Assembly: GCA_963840035.1 (NCBI GenBank) | Contig: CAWIXE010000001.1 | Coordinates: forward strand, 1,120,001-1,184,000 | Direction: 5' to 3' | DNA from: a candidate division FCPU426 bacterium | GTDB lineage: Bacteria; Oederibacteriota; PGYV01; Palsa-1178 | DNA: 64,000 nt | Shown: positions 32,501-39,526 of the stretch, piece by piece | How the letters are laid out: every line of letters begins with the position of its first letter | Position numbering within the stretch: the stretch's first letter is position 1 | Position numbers and translations under genes: made by a program | The notes under the pieces: generated by a model | What the model was told of the DNA's origin: nothing | Seen by the model: the letters and a program-made list of their open reading frames with translations, nothing else | The model's database searches: none

Positions 32501-32572
32501 CTGGTATTCCAGATTAAGGACGCGAATACCGGCGCTGAAATCAGGCGGTTTGAAAAGGTGGTTGTAAGGTAG
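20591..32572 (+). CDS. Giant secreted surface protein / adhesin with Thr-rich tandem repeats
   Basis: 3,993-aa ORF (true start may be ATG 20636 or 20645). Signal peptide ending AFA, Ig/invasin-like domains, TQTx tract, DUF11-like domain (KSAS..GETITYTLNY.N..IYDTVP), TETA tract, tandem FlgD-like C-terminal domains. Confidence 0.85.
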   Translation: MAGERGNKKLTRAGKMTGMAHIVMSAIFICTVFFTPAFASDKAKGPIVAYDTATGGFIYKGLRSSINKKHISKLKKIRPGNVPSSQRGSEKPEEFSADEATALELSGRTDISSLKKARSSSRKLSDKVIRVELSGKVDGAWYRLSARIPAGMNVEKIIRDDGIEIRNNNLASNGLYYDGAAAYMEGDTLYFYDDPISGYSVVLTPSQGYYSIMVEIPPGNAGATSPCGQQSALIYPYNGETALASGAVPASYKDHMGRANDNFANDIDNAAGAKIGFRFTNTTTYQYGNPGAGATSQTYNDNMFTMVAPATYTHLAFTPWGEPESVIIERFRQTDETVDRINFEFTKKTIIRGNKKWYGTIYYFRNNSAGKNATNVKFFQGADMNFNGSINNDNCAYLSASDIVYGYKGTLEAINPSYSYAGFSAFRHSDFHDANDYIQMWTDIRGLYVPNVDDLPNTPATTGDAGIALQWNMGNMDSGTSQRLEVIWGFGNTLNGKTYEDMVDEINYGKSKLHDTGISEISSPADGSSYVNTDGSVTVNGTVVNYGITDWTGLPVYVLVKDEAGTIVNAADPNSICAYVDLAVPSPESAAVSYNVDLSTLAPGKYTVTMLTDLSKDSYVLPNIAAVPDQNTANDSKTITIYVEGIKVTPENTIISGAGLAADRTLTIENRTLVNDRYNIKLAQSSLGWPTYLLNSAGTVTIAYDSNGDGTWDYINSTYNNDSDAYPDINVTSMGTNSIILRKMVPAGAYPGQMDSTYLTFTGIGNPKIMASVIEKTAVTANIAATKTLWLHGTVMPPVTWPQPEFTYSLTTLTDTAGTGTSTPINRYTSRSWELSPALYRDLRLTGDVVFNAYIQNAVAVNVKAVLYYTNGVNDTKRIGELPVNLAIHAGATLIPITIPVAAPVTIPAGYRLVVTLFNLGNNNATVNVYHNQVITQASNLRLPVDTYVNVDWIRSFEDGTLTRTAYTYGDNIRISALISDMFGSYDIDDITGARITIRDNNNNVYGTADSFMTHEYTDTSAVSGYKTFISDITLPASGAITGTWTVSVSGYETNGVSHTKTYTFIVSAPHHVNIYPADISSPIYGTVTMTAQVMDSYGNSLAFPQWITLTANAGTSASFNSVPPGWAILGLSAYGPADANGSAIFSITDGVAQSVTITPGFSGSTGDGISNAHFLAAHHAVASVSGGVAVTGTAGTGETVRIQLVDILGNPVASQQNITVRLSNNGIIMSSSVLGWDLLWGNFASGMTNASGYVDLVVMDNIVETLTVIPDTGVNHSFDRGIDLYFVAQGPDHVELVDPDGGTLTAGCQKLINIRVVDADGYAVSGGPFNIVVSAPPKAVFTSTTLAGAVAGTGSISGATDANGFATATLQDFYAQAVTITAASSLVGSVASPSRDKPLRLEWFAGVGDHVVAKADEEYVNIGTTVIVRMQVVDLYGNSVSVSQAVNVWTINPAQFTATTLGAPLSGVASNSVSGTTDANGYATIVIYNETAQTDIITATGPGLQGMPETGRVVYTSNLPTLTFSPTISATYTVTATNTPTFTITRTWTASPVYTFTGTRTLMPTKTITQTWTSTYTVTKTSTATQTGTQTVTQTATQTTTQTATPSISPTFSATVCIAYNTSGGNNAAAGPAFNVNNITVANVANRIMVVGVWHDVASTVTCSYGGVGMTLYASINNGAGSYMKIFILNNPAVGTANVTGTLVPNARSAVAVGVYNGVSGIGATASDTADSATPYSILLNTTEDNSYHVSFRGDRTNAAYTAAGSNLRLTQNGNNRSIAMADRYVATALTASTINFAQVGGNSASVGYSLELLAACNPTHTYTPTVSPSFTQTHTVTPTPTVSQTVTQTVTQTLTQTVTQTGTQTVTQTATQTATQTVTKTVTQTVTQTATQTATQTATQTATQTVTQTVTKTATQTATQTATQTATQTVTQTVTQTVTKTVTQTATQTITQTVTQTATQTATKTATQTVTQTVTKTVTQTATQTVTQTVTQTVTQTVTQTVTQTVTQTVTQTVTQTVTQTVTQTVTQTVTQTVTQTITQTVTQTVTQTVTQTATQTITQTITQTATQTITQTVTQTATQTITQTATQTATQTATQTATQTVTQTVTQTATQTATQTATQTATQTATQTATQTATQTATQTITQTVTQTITQTVTQTVTQTATQTATQTATQTATQTATQTITQTDTQTITQTATQTITQTDTQTITQTATETITQTDTQTITQTATQTVTQTVTQTATQTATQTVTQTITQTVTQTATQTITQTITQTATQTITQTVTQTATQTITQTVTQTATQTITQTVTQTITQTVTQTATQTATQTATQTATQTITQTATQTATQTATQTATQTATQTATQTATQTATQTATQTATQTATQTATQTATQTATQTATQTATQTATQTATQTATQTATQTATQTATQTATQTATQTATQTATQTATQTATQTATQTATQTATQTATQTATQTATQTITQTDTQTATQTATETATQTVTQTDTQTATQTATQTITQTDTQTATQTATETATQTITQTDTQTATQTATETATQTVTQTDTQTATQTATQTITQTDTQTATQTATQTATETATQTITQTDTQTATQTATETATQTVTQTDTQTATQTITQTVTETITQTITQTITQTVTETNTQTTTETITETITRTLTQTVTQTITETETQTITQTQTQTITETTTRTITETITPTYTVTRTITQTITETATATITPTNTPMLPLDIGKSASAANLDRGETITYTLNYQNMTGQNLNNVVIYDTVPADLTYIDSSPVAVLSSGVVEFNLGTITTGSSGAVSWRGYVNAGTGYSTVINNIAVIDDDRPGAPVVESNNVSFTVLQNTPTITETSTPTATQTVTETMTQTATETASQTATQTATQTATQTATQTATQTATQTATQTATQTATQTATQTATQTATQTATQTATQTATQTATQTATQTATESITETITQTMTQTATETATESVTETITQTVTQTATETATESVTETITQTETQTATESITETISQTITQTVTETATASVTETTTQTMTQTATETATESVTETITQTVTQTATESITETITQTTTQTATETATESVTETITQTITQTATETATETATQTATETATQTATETTTQTATETATQTATETATETATETATETATETATETATETATETATQTATETATETATETATETATETATETATETATETATETATETATETATQTATETATQTATETATETATETATETATETATETATETATETATETATETATETATETATQTATETATETATETATQTATETATETATETATETATETATETATETATETATETATETVTETATETATETVTETATQTATETATETATETATETATETATETATETATQTATETATETATETATETATETATETATETATETATETATQTATETATQTATETATETATETATETATETATETATETATETATETATETATETATETATETATETATETTTQTATETATQTATETATKTATETATETATETATETATETATETATETATETATETATETATETATETATETATETATETATETATETATETATETATETATETATETVDLTTTQTVTETITETITKTATETVSQTVTETFTETATETATETVTMTATESITQTVSETATQSVTETSTETATETVTQTATETVSHTVTQTATPTPSWTNTDTATDTATPSATGTGTYSATATWTYTSTPTITETATQTMTQTVTQTNTETLTGTPTWTITGTVSFTATPTSTRTATGTYTMTPTWSVSPTVTITSTPYGPNTISITIFDSRGETVRVLPDMRSDIIAGSPYLSANPFRVNGTNLLLISAQNGSNIGTWDGKNLGGLPVNSGTYFIEIKTVDASGNIYTAELTVDVILENSYAYSNFNARYGSDYIRIMVSITNASRVSVKIYNMSAELIRGFDGVNPATIDIIWNKKTTSGQLTAPGVYVLVFQIKDANTGAEIRRFEKVVVR
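26120..28700 (+). repeat. Coding 12-bp tandem repeat encoding TQT(A/V/I/D)
   Basis: acVcagacVgca-type units, directly visible in the sequence. Confidence 0.95.
29170..31660 (+). repeat. Coding 12/24-bp tandem repeat encoding TQTA then TETA
   Basis: Perfect cagacagcaacg run at about 29219-29430; actgagacagca runs; 24-bp unit gcgacagaaactgccacagagact at about 31121-31385. Confidence 0.95.
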
Positions 32573-32576
32573 GAAT

Positions 32577-32712
32577 AATTTTAAATTTTCTATTTTCAAT
32601 TTTCTATTAAGACCATGGATGCCTGAAAAATCAACCGGTTAAGACTTGAAAAATGCATTTTCTTTGGATTATCTGAACTAAATATAAAATTGAAAATATA
32701 AAATTGAAAATT
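32577..32712. repeat. Inverted pair of AT-rich 7-bp tandem repeats
   Basis: aattttaaattttctattttcaatttt ... aaaattgaaaatataaaattgaaaatt; related to 58040-58170. Confidence 0.65.
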
Positions 32713-32725
32713 CGTCATATTTCCG

Positions 32726-32754
32726 TTGACATTACCCCCGTTTTTTGGTATTTT
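32726..32754 (+). promoter_or_regulatory. Putative sigma70 promoter of pck
   Basis: TTGACA-N17-TATTTT with extended -10 TG. Confidence 0.6.
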
Positions 32755-32856
32755 TCTTTGATTTAGGCTGTTGATTTTAAACGGGTAAAAAAAGGGCGCT
32801 GTCCGGCCTTTTACAACGGAGCGAGCAGGACTCGTCTCTATCACAGGAGGAATGAA

Positions 32857-34719
32857 ATGGCAAATCTGGAACTGTTAAAGAAAAAATGCGGGGACGCGCA
32901 TTATAAACGTCTCGAGGCTTTAAACAACCCCACTCTTATGGATTTCGTGGCAAAATACGCTGAAGAATGCGAACCGGATTCTGTTTTTGTATGCACTGAC
33001 TCAAAGGAAGACGAAAAACTGATGAAAAAACTCGCCATAGATAAAGGCGAGGAAATCCCCCTTAATATTGAAGGCCATACCATACATTTTGACGGCATGA
33101 CAGACCAGGGCAGGGACGCGAAAAACACAAAGTTCCTTTATGAAAAAGGAAAAGAGCTCGAAGGCCTGCTCGGTATGGACAGGGAAGAAGGCGAAAAAGA
33201 GATACACGGCCTTTTAAAAGGCATGATGAAAGGCCGGCAGATGCTTGTGCTGTTCTTCTCTTTAGGCCCTGTGGACTCTCCTTTTTATATACCGGCTGTA
33301 CAGGTAACAGATTCGAATTACGTGGCACACTCCGAGATAATATTATATAGAAGGGGATACGAAGGGTTTAAGAAAGCAAAACCGTCCTCTTTCTTCAAAG
33401 TCGTCCATGCCACCGGAGAGACAGTAAACGCCGTAAGTAAAAATGTCGATAAGAGAAGGATCTATATAGATTTAAAGACCGAGACCGTTTACAGCACAAA
33501 CACGCAGTACGCAGGCAACACCGTGGGCTTTAAAAAACTCGCGCTCAGGCTGGCCATACAGAAAGCCTCGCGCGAAGGCTGGCTCGCCGAACATATGTTC
33601 CTGATGGGAGTAAAAGGCCCGCTCGGAAGGAAATCATATTTCTCGGGGGCTTATCCTTCCATGTGCGGGAAGACATCGACTGCCATGGTAGAGGGTGAAA
33701 GCATAGTGGGAGACGACCTGGCTTACCTAAGGAACGTAAACGGAATTGCCATGGCGGCAAACGTGGAAAAAGGAATATTCGGTATCGTTCAGGATATTAA
33801 TCCCAACGGCGACCCGCTTATCTGGAACGTTTTAAACACTCCTGGCGATGTAATATTCGGCAATGTCCTGAATGATAACGGAATACCGCGCTGGCTCGGG
33901 GACGGCCGTGAAAATCCGGCAAACGGGACAAATTTCTCCGGCGAGTGGACGCATGTGAAAAAGGATGAAAAAGGAAATCCGATTCCATACGCGCATAAGA
34001 ATGCCAGGTATTCCATAAGCCTGGAAGCTTTGAAGAATTGCGACCCAAAGCTTAACGACAAAAAAGGCGTTAAGCTCGACGGTATAGTTTTTGGCGGAAG
34101 GGATTCGGATACATGGGTGCCTGTCAGGGAGTCATTTGACTGGAACCACGGCGTCATCACCATGGGAGCGTCCATAGAGTCAGAGACAACGGCGGCTACC
34201 ATAGGCAGCGAAGGCGAGAGGGTGTTTAACATAATGTCAAACATGGAATTCCTTTCCATTCCCATACCTAAGTATATAGAAGACTACCTTCAGTTTGGAA
34301 AGGGCTTAAAGCACGCGCCTAAGATATTCGCGTGTAATTACTTCCTCCGCGACATGCAGACCGGCAAATGGCTCAACGGCGTGAAGGACAAGAGGGTATG
34401 GCTCAAATGGATGGAACTCAGGGCGCATAATAATGTCGAAGCGATAAAGTCCCCGGCCGGATTTATCCCGAAATACGCGGACTTACAGAGGCTCTTCAAG
34501 CAGGTAATGAAGAAAGATTTTACAATCGACGATTACAACAAGCAGTTTATGATTAGGATACCGCAGAACGTGGCAAAGATAGACAGGATTATCGAGATAT
34601 ATACGAACAAGATACACGGCACCCCGAAGATGTTAGTTGAGATATTAAAGCTTGAGAAGGAAAGGTTCCTCGCGCTGAAAGCGGCAAAGGGAGACTTCGT
34701 AACCCCGGATAAGCTGTAG
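32857..34719 (+). CDS. pckG: Phosphoenolpyruvate carboxykinase (GTP)
   Basis: YAGN, WLAEHM, AYPSMCGKTS, VGDDLA, HKNARY, FGGRD, NYFL motifs. Confidence 0.95.
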   Translation: MANLELLKKKCGDAHYKRLEALNNPTLMDFVAKYAEECEPDSVFVCTDSKEDEKLMKKLAIDKGEEIPLNIEGHTIHFDGMTDQGRDAKNTKFLYEKGKELEGLLGMDREEGEKEIHGLLKGMMKGRQMLVLFFSLGPVDSPFYIPAVQVTDSNYVAHSEIILYRRGYEGFKKAKPSSFFKVVHATGETVNAVSKNVDKRRIYIDLKTETVYSTNTQYAGNTVGFKKLALRLAIQKASREGWLAEHMFLMGVKGPLGRKSYFSGAYPSMCGKTSTAMVEGESIVGDDLAYLRNVNGIAMAANVEKGIFGIVQDINPNGDPLIWNVLNTPGDVIFGNVLNDNGIPRWLGDGRENPANGTNFSGEWTHVKKDEKGNPIPYAHKNARYSISLEALKNCDPKLNDKKGVKLDGIVFGGRDSDTWVPVRESFDWNHGVITMGASIESETTAATIGSEGERVFNIMSNMEFLSIPIPKYIEDYLQFGKGLKHAPKIFACNYFLRDMQTGKWLNGVKDKRVWLKWMELRAHNNVEAIKSPAGFIPKYADLQRLFKQVMKKDFTIDDYNKQFMIRIPQNVAKIDRIIEIYTNKIHGTPKMLVEILKLEKERFLALKAAKGDFVTPDKL

Positions 34720-34742
34720 CAATGTGTTATGTTTTAGGTTTC

Positions 34743-34767
34743 GTAGGGGCGAGCCGGTGGCTCGCCC
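34743..34767. repeat. GTAG-type REP hairpin
   Basis: gtag-g-ggcgagcc-ggt-ggctcgcc-c downstream of pck. Confidence 0.55.
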
Positions 34768-34874
34768 GGATTTAGATTTAAGGTTTGGCAGCTTTGCCCG
34801 CCGGGCTTTAGCAGAGACGGATTAGGCTGTGCAAAGCAGTTGATTGAAGACCAAAAAAACAAGGATGGTGATTT

Positions 34875-35432
34875 ATGATCAGGACACTTACAGCACCGGT
34901 AAGCATGAGCAGGCAGACAGAAAGAATCATAATGATGGCTATATTTTCAATCCTTACATTCGCGGCGGCCATGATAAGGATCCAGACGCCGTTTACCCCG
35001 GTGCCTTTTACCCTCCAAACATTTGTGCTTTTTCTTTCGGTATATCATTTAAGCGCCAAAGAGAACGGCTTATCACAGGCGTCTTACATACTGGCGGGCA
35101 TGATAGGCGCACCGGTATTCGCGGCCGGATTAACGGGAGCGCTGGCTATTGCCGGGCCGACTGCCGGCTATCTCGCGGGGTTCATTGTGGCAGGCATGCT
35201 CATGTCATTTGCCGTTTCAAAGATAAAGACCCTCACATATTTAAAGGCTGTTGCGGTATTTTCCGCGGGAAGCATGATCATACTTACACTCGGCACAATG
35301 CACCTGGCTTTCGTGTACGGGCTTGGGATTGAAAAAGCATTCGCGGCAGGTTTCGTGCCGTTTATAGCGGCCGAAGCCATGAAAATAGCCGCGGCAGCAG
35401 CTTTTTCGCCACACGCGCCAGCAAATAATTAA
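34875..35432 (+). CDS. bioY: Biotin transporter BioY
   Basis: PFTPVPFTLQTF, GAPVFA, GPTAGYLAGF, PFIAAE. Confidence 0.93.
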   Translation: MIRTLTAPVSMSRQTERIIMMAIFSILTFAAAMIRIQTPFTPVPFTLQTFVLFLSVYHLSAKENGLSQASYILAGMIGAPVFAAGLTGALAIAGPTAGYLAGFIVAGMLMSFAVSKIKTLTYLKAVAVFSAGSMIILTLGTMHLAFVYGLGIEKAFAAGFVPFIAAEAMKIAAAAAFSPHAPANN

Positions 35433-35440
35433 GGATAAAT

Positions 35441-35484
35441 AAAGTGCCGGTAAGACGGGAGTATTTCCGTTGAACCGGCACTTT
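35441..35484 (+). terminator. Probable terminator hairpin
   Basis: aaagtgccggt ... accggcacttt followed by a T-rich tract, after bioY. Confidence 0.55.
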
Positions 35485-35503
35485 TGTTTTTAGTAGATGG
35501 TTT

Positions 35504-35608
35504 GGTAGCCGCAACCTCCATGTCCGCCGAAGCTTCAGCGGAGACGGATTAGGTTGCGAAACGATGGACCAAAGGCCTGCCTTACGCAACCTAAAGGTTG
35601 CGGCTACC
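35504..35608. repeat. Inverted REP doublet; left copy interrupted by a 31-nt hairpin
   Basis: ggtagccgcaacct[ccatgtccgccgaagcttcagcggagacgga]ttaggttgcg (35504-35558) and the uninterrupted inverse copy cgcaacctaaaggttgcggctacc (35585-35608). Confidence 0.78.
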
Positions 35609-35705
35609 AGCATTTGAAAATGCATCGACAAAAAGTCAGCTATGAATCAAAAAAACAACCTGCTTTGTGTTATAATATATGTAGAAAGGCGGGGACCGCG
35701 ACAAT

Positions 35706-37226
35706 ATGGACATATCAAACAAGATAAATTTAAACCAGAAACTTGAACTCGGCATCAGGCTCACCCCTGAGATGCGCCTCAAACTCAATATACTTCACGC
35801 CAATTACCAGGAACTCAAGGAAATATTAAAAGAAGAGGAAGAGGTAAATGAGGCCATAGACTCCATAGATGAGGATATCGAAGACGCGGGCGTAAAGCAG
35901 GAAAATGACGAGTCCAAGGAAAATGATTTTGAAGACGAGGAAGACGACATTTATTCCCCCGAGAAAACCGCCCAATCCGCGGAAGGCCCCGAAGACGACG
36001 AGGAAAAGCCCGCGGACTCCACTGAAGAAATAATAATTGACGACAAGGTCGGTCATTTTGACGAGAGTCCCGTGCCGGACACCGGCACCGATGACGATTA
36101 CTACGACAGGGGAGAAACAGAGTACGACCCGTCAGTCGGAAAATTTGAAAATTTCAAGCAGGCGAACATACACGTCGACGAAGAGACAGACTTAAAGACC
36201 GAACTAACAAGGCAGTTAAACCAGGTGGACCTTACTGATGAAATTTACCTTGAGATACAGACCCTTATAGACAACCTCGATGAAAAGGGGTTCCTTTCCA
36301 GGAGTGTTGCCGAGATCGCGGCAGAATCCGGGATTGCCCCTGAAAAACTTGCCGCGGCCCTCGAAATCCTCCACAAATTTGACCCCGTAGGCGTAGGCGC
36401 GCATGACATGCGTGAGTGCCTTTTAATCCAGCTGAAAAACATAAAAATGGAAGAAACCCTTGCCTATAAGATTGTGGACCTGCAGTTTGAATTAATGAAA
36501 AGGCAGAATTACACAAAGCTGGCATCCATATTTAAGGTCAAGGAATCAGACGTAAAAAAAGCCGAGAAAGTCATCGGAAGTCTGAAGCCTTATCCGGGTT
36601 CGGGATTCTCTGGGCTCCGGAACGAATACGTAAAACCGGATATTATAGTGGAAGAGGATGAAAACGGCAAATACAAAGCCGTGGTACCGTGGGATTTCCC
36701 CGAGATCAGGATGTCAAAGCAGTACAAGATCTATAAAAAATCCCCGGTAAAGGAACTCAGGGAATGGGCTGAGAAATATGAGAACAGGATAAAAGCCATC
36801 GCAACTGCCATGGCTGAGAGAAAGAATACTATTGAAAAGGTCGTACAGCAGATAATCGAAGTCCAGGAAGACTACCTGAAAAACGAGGGCGCGGCGTTAA
36901 AACCACTTGTGTACAGGGAAATAGCCCAAAAAACAGGATACGCCGAGTCCACGGTCAGCAGAATAGTATCAAATAAGTATGTTCAGCTGCCTTATGGAGT
37001 CTACCATTTAAAGACTTTTTTCACGCCCAAGGTGGGTGATGTTTCGGCTAATGAACTTATGATGCTTGTAAAACAGCTGATAGAGTCGGAAGATCCGAAA
37101 AACCCTTTAACAGACACTGAAATCGAGAAAAAAATGGCGGACATGGGCAAGCCGGCCGCAAGGCGCACTGTCACAAAATACAGGAAGAAACTTAATATTC
37201 CGCCTGTAAATAAAAGAAAAAGATAG
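35706..37226 (+). CDS. rpoN: RNA polymerase sigma-54 factor
   Basis: FDPVGVGAHDMRECLLIQL, acidic region II, HTH ESTVSRIVSNKY, RpoN box ARRTVTKYR. Confidence 0.96.
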   Translation: MDISNKINLNQKLELGIRLTPEMRLKLNILHANYQELKEILKEEEEVNEAIDSIDEDIEDAGVKQENDESKENDFEDEEDDIYSPEKTAQSAEGPEDDEEKPADSTEEIIIDDKVGHFDESPVPDTGTDDDYYDRGETEYDPSVGKFENFKQANIHVDEETDLKTELTRQLNQVDLTDEIYLEIQTLIDNLDEKGFLSRSVAEIAAESGIAPEKLAAALEILHKFDPVGVGAHDMRECLLIQLKNIKMEETLAYKIVDLQFELMKRQNYTKLASIFKVKESDVKKAEKVIGSLKPYPGSGFSGLRNEYVKPDIIVEEDENGKYKAVVPWDFPEIRMSKQYKIYKKSPVKELREWAEKYENRIKAIATAMAERKNTIEKVVQQIIEVQEDYLKNEGAALKPLVYREIAQKTGYAESTVSRIVSNKYVQLPYGVYHLKTFFTPKVGDVSANELMMLVKQLIESEDPKNPLTDTEIEKKMADMGKPAARRTVTKYRKKLNIPPVNKRKR

Positions 37227-37251
37227 TGATACTTGTCAATGTCGGTTTTTT

Positions 37252-37276
37252 GTAGCGGGCGCATATCATGCGCCCG
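37252..37276. repeat. GTAG-type hairpin
   Basis: gtag-cgggcgcat-atc-atgcgcccg just after the rpoN stop. Confidence 0.5.
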
Positions 37277-37513
37277 TTCGCGTTAATGGTATGTAATTAC
37301 AAATGAAGAATGATTGAACTTTAACTAAGTTTAGTGTCAAAAACCACTACGCGGTTAGGTTTTAAAATGTGGAAAGACAGAAGAATAAATGTTGAAATAT
37401 AAAACATACGTTAATTACATAAAATAACCTAAGCATTAATAAAATAAGGGGTTTTATGTCGGAATGTCTTGAGTCACGACACGGACCCGATATGTTCGGA
37501 CCCGATATGTTAA

Positions 37514-37723
37514 AATTACTATCTAGCCCAAGCAAATAATCATGCTGTTAAAAACGGGCTTATTAGCTGGTCTAAATCATCAATTTACCGTGATTTGATT
37601 GCGAAAGCGGAGCTTGCGGGGAAAGCGTCAATAATTTGGATGCTGTCAAAACTAATTTGGGATGAAGGTGTTTGCATATCTCAAGAAATGAATTCATATC
37701 AATCAGGAGGTTGTAAACCGTGA
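37514..37723 (+). pseudogene. Start-less remnant of a probable Rhs toxin tip
   Basis: 69 open codons NYYLAQANNHAVKNGLISWSKSSIYRDL..VCISQEMNSYQSGGCKP*; its stop overlaps the next GTG (GTGA), as in toxin-immunity coupling. Confidence 0.55.
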
Positions 37724-38091
37724 AAAAGAGTATCTTAAATATTTTATCGCTGATAGTAATTGGAATATTATTTTGGTTTCTTTATATTCTATTAATAATT
37801 AAAAAAATTGACCCCAACTATATTGGAGTTGCAGTAATATTTATTGGTCAGTTTTTTGCTATTTACCTTTACGGAGACAAAATTAATTATTTAAAGGAAA
37901 AGAAAAGAAGAATAATATTTGCGTTTGCTAATTCCTCCATAGTAACTTTGCTTACCGTTTTGAATCATAAGTACAACTTTGTTTCAACATCAACGGTGGT
38001 TGAGCTTATCTGTGTGATAATATATTACATTTTCATTATGATGCTTATTACTTTTCTTGAACAATGGGAACATAAAAGAAAAAAACGTTAA
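37720..38091 (+). CDS. Membrane protein, putative immunity protein
   Basis: AT-rich, about 4 TM segments, GGAGG RBS, position in the Rhs array. Confidence 0.65.
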   Translation: MKKSILNILSLIVIGILFWFLYILLIIKKIDPNYIGVAVIFIGQFFAIYLYGDKINYLKEKKRRIIFAFANSSIVTLLTVLNHKYNFVSTSTVVELICVIIYYIFIMMLITFLEQWEHKRKKR

Positions 38092-38180
38092 ATCTGAATT
38101 GTTGGCTGATAGAATTAGCTGGCAACACATATTTATTATTATCAACGATGGCTTGATAAACAATAACGCAGAGGGACGGC

Positions 38181-39524
38181 GTGGGGAACATAACACAAAA
38201 AAAGATAAACACAGGGGCGGTTTCGTATGTATACGACGACAAATACCGGCTGACGGGGTACACAAATACCAACGCAAGCCCTTCAAGCCAGTCTTTTACG
38301 TTTGACTACAGGGGAAACAGACTCTCACTCGCATCCACACCCGGCGGTGCGACGAGTTATACGGTTGGCGATAACAACATGGTAACAGCGGCTGGCGGTG
38401 AAAGCCTGCAATACGACGGTCGTGGTAATGTGACAGGCAGAGGGTCTACGCAGTTTGAGTGGGATTATAAGAACAGGCTGGTAAAGGCGGACAAGGAAGG
38501 CGTTCAGGAAGACCTTTACTACACATACAACAACGCGGACAGGATGCTATCCAGGACGAAGTGGAATAAGAAGGTAACGTATTATTATAACGGAAACCAG
38601 CTGTTGTGTGAGAAAGACGAGTTTGGGCGTCTGTCAAAAGTCTTCATAAACGACAGTGAAGGCCTTCTTGGCTTTACGATACTGAACTACAAGCCCAACG
38701 GAGAGTTCTCAAACTACGAGCCGGTGTACTACCTTTTTAATGACCAGGGAAGCGTAACGACCCTGACAAATGAGGTAGGAAGGCCGATAAAGCACTACCT
38801 CTACGACCCATACGGAAACCTGACAAACACAACGACAGACCCGAACAACAACTTTACATTCATAGGGCGGTACGGCGGGTACAAGGACTGGGACTCAGGG
38901 CTTATACAGTTCCAGCACAGGTGGTATGACAGTAATTTGGGGCGGTGGATGAGCAGGGATCCGATTGGGGTGCGGGGTGGGGTTAATGTTTACGAATATG
39001 TCGGAAACAGGCCAAATGTATTTACGGATGCTACCGGGTATTATGGAACTTCAGATTTCGTAATTAATTATTTTACAAATGCAGATCCTGTTAATTTGAA
39101 CGAAGTTGGTCTTATAGGAAAATTTAGAAATAATTCAAATGTGAAATCGTCAATCGTGGGTTTTAAAGATGAAGTAAATTATTCCTGTCAAGCAAGGGCA
39201 TCTATTGCTTGCGGGTCTAGTAAAGGGAGCGATAATTCATTGCATTATAGTAATTTTAACTATTCCTCAAATGATGTTACGGATGTTTCCTCTGATGTTC
39301 TGGGGTTATATGCTATTGGACATAGTACTTTTTACAGAAATGCAACCTGTTCGTTGAGCTATAATTGTGCGTTACGTAAGTTCAGCTATTCGTGTCAGGG
39401 AAGTTTTTCTATTAAAGATTGGTTCAGGGATCCTTTAGATGTGGGTGCGGAAATACCTGGCGGAAATCCATACCCGATAAATGCAAGTTGGTCTGAAAAT
39501 TTTTCAGGAGGAGGAAATTTTTAA
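38181..39524 (+). CDS. Orphan Rhs module 1 (5'-truncated core + toxin tip)
   Basis: YD repeats, YDPYGN, RWYD..GRWMSRDPIG, PNVFTDATG, then a unique tip. Confidence 0.88.
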   Translation: MGNITQKKINTGAVSYVYDDKYRLTGYTNTNASPSSQSFTFDYRGNRLSLASTPGGATSYTVGDNNMVTAAGGESLQYDGRGNVTGRGSTQFEWDYKNRLVKADKEGVQEDLYYTYNNADRMLSRTKWNKKVTYYYNGNQLLCEKDEFGRLSKVFINDSEGLLGFTILNYKPNGEFSNYEPVYYLFNDQGSVTTLTNEVGRPIKHYLYDPYGNLTNTTTDPNNNFTFIGRYGGYKDWDSGLIQFQHRWYDSNLGRWMSRDPIGVRGGVNVYEYVGNRPNVFTDATGYYGTSDFVINYFTNADPVNLNEVGLIGKFRNNSNVKSSIVGFKDEVNYSCQARASIACGSSKGSDNSLHYSNFNYSSNDVTDVSSDVLGLYAIGHSTFYRNATCSLSYNCALRKFSYSCQGSFSIKDWFRDPLDVGAEIPGGNPYPINASWSENFSGGGNF

Positions 39525-39526
39525 CT

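Noticed and set aside
34844..35332. 162-aa ORF overlapping bioY in another frame
   Set aside because: No motifs or clear RBS; bioY explains the region.
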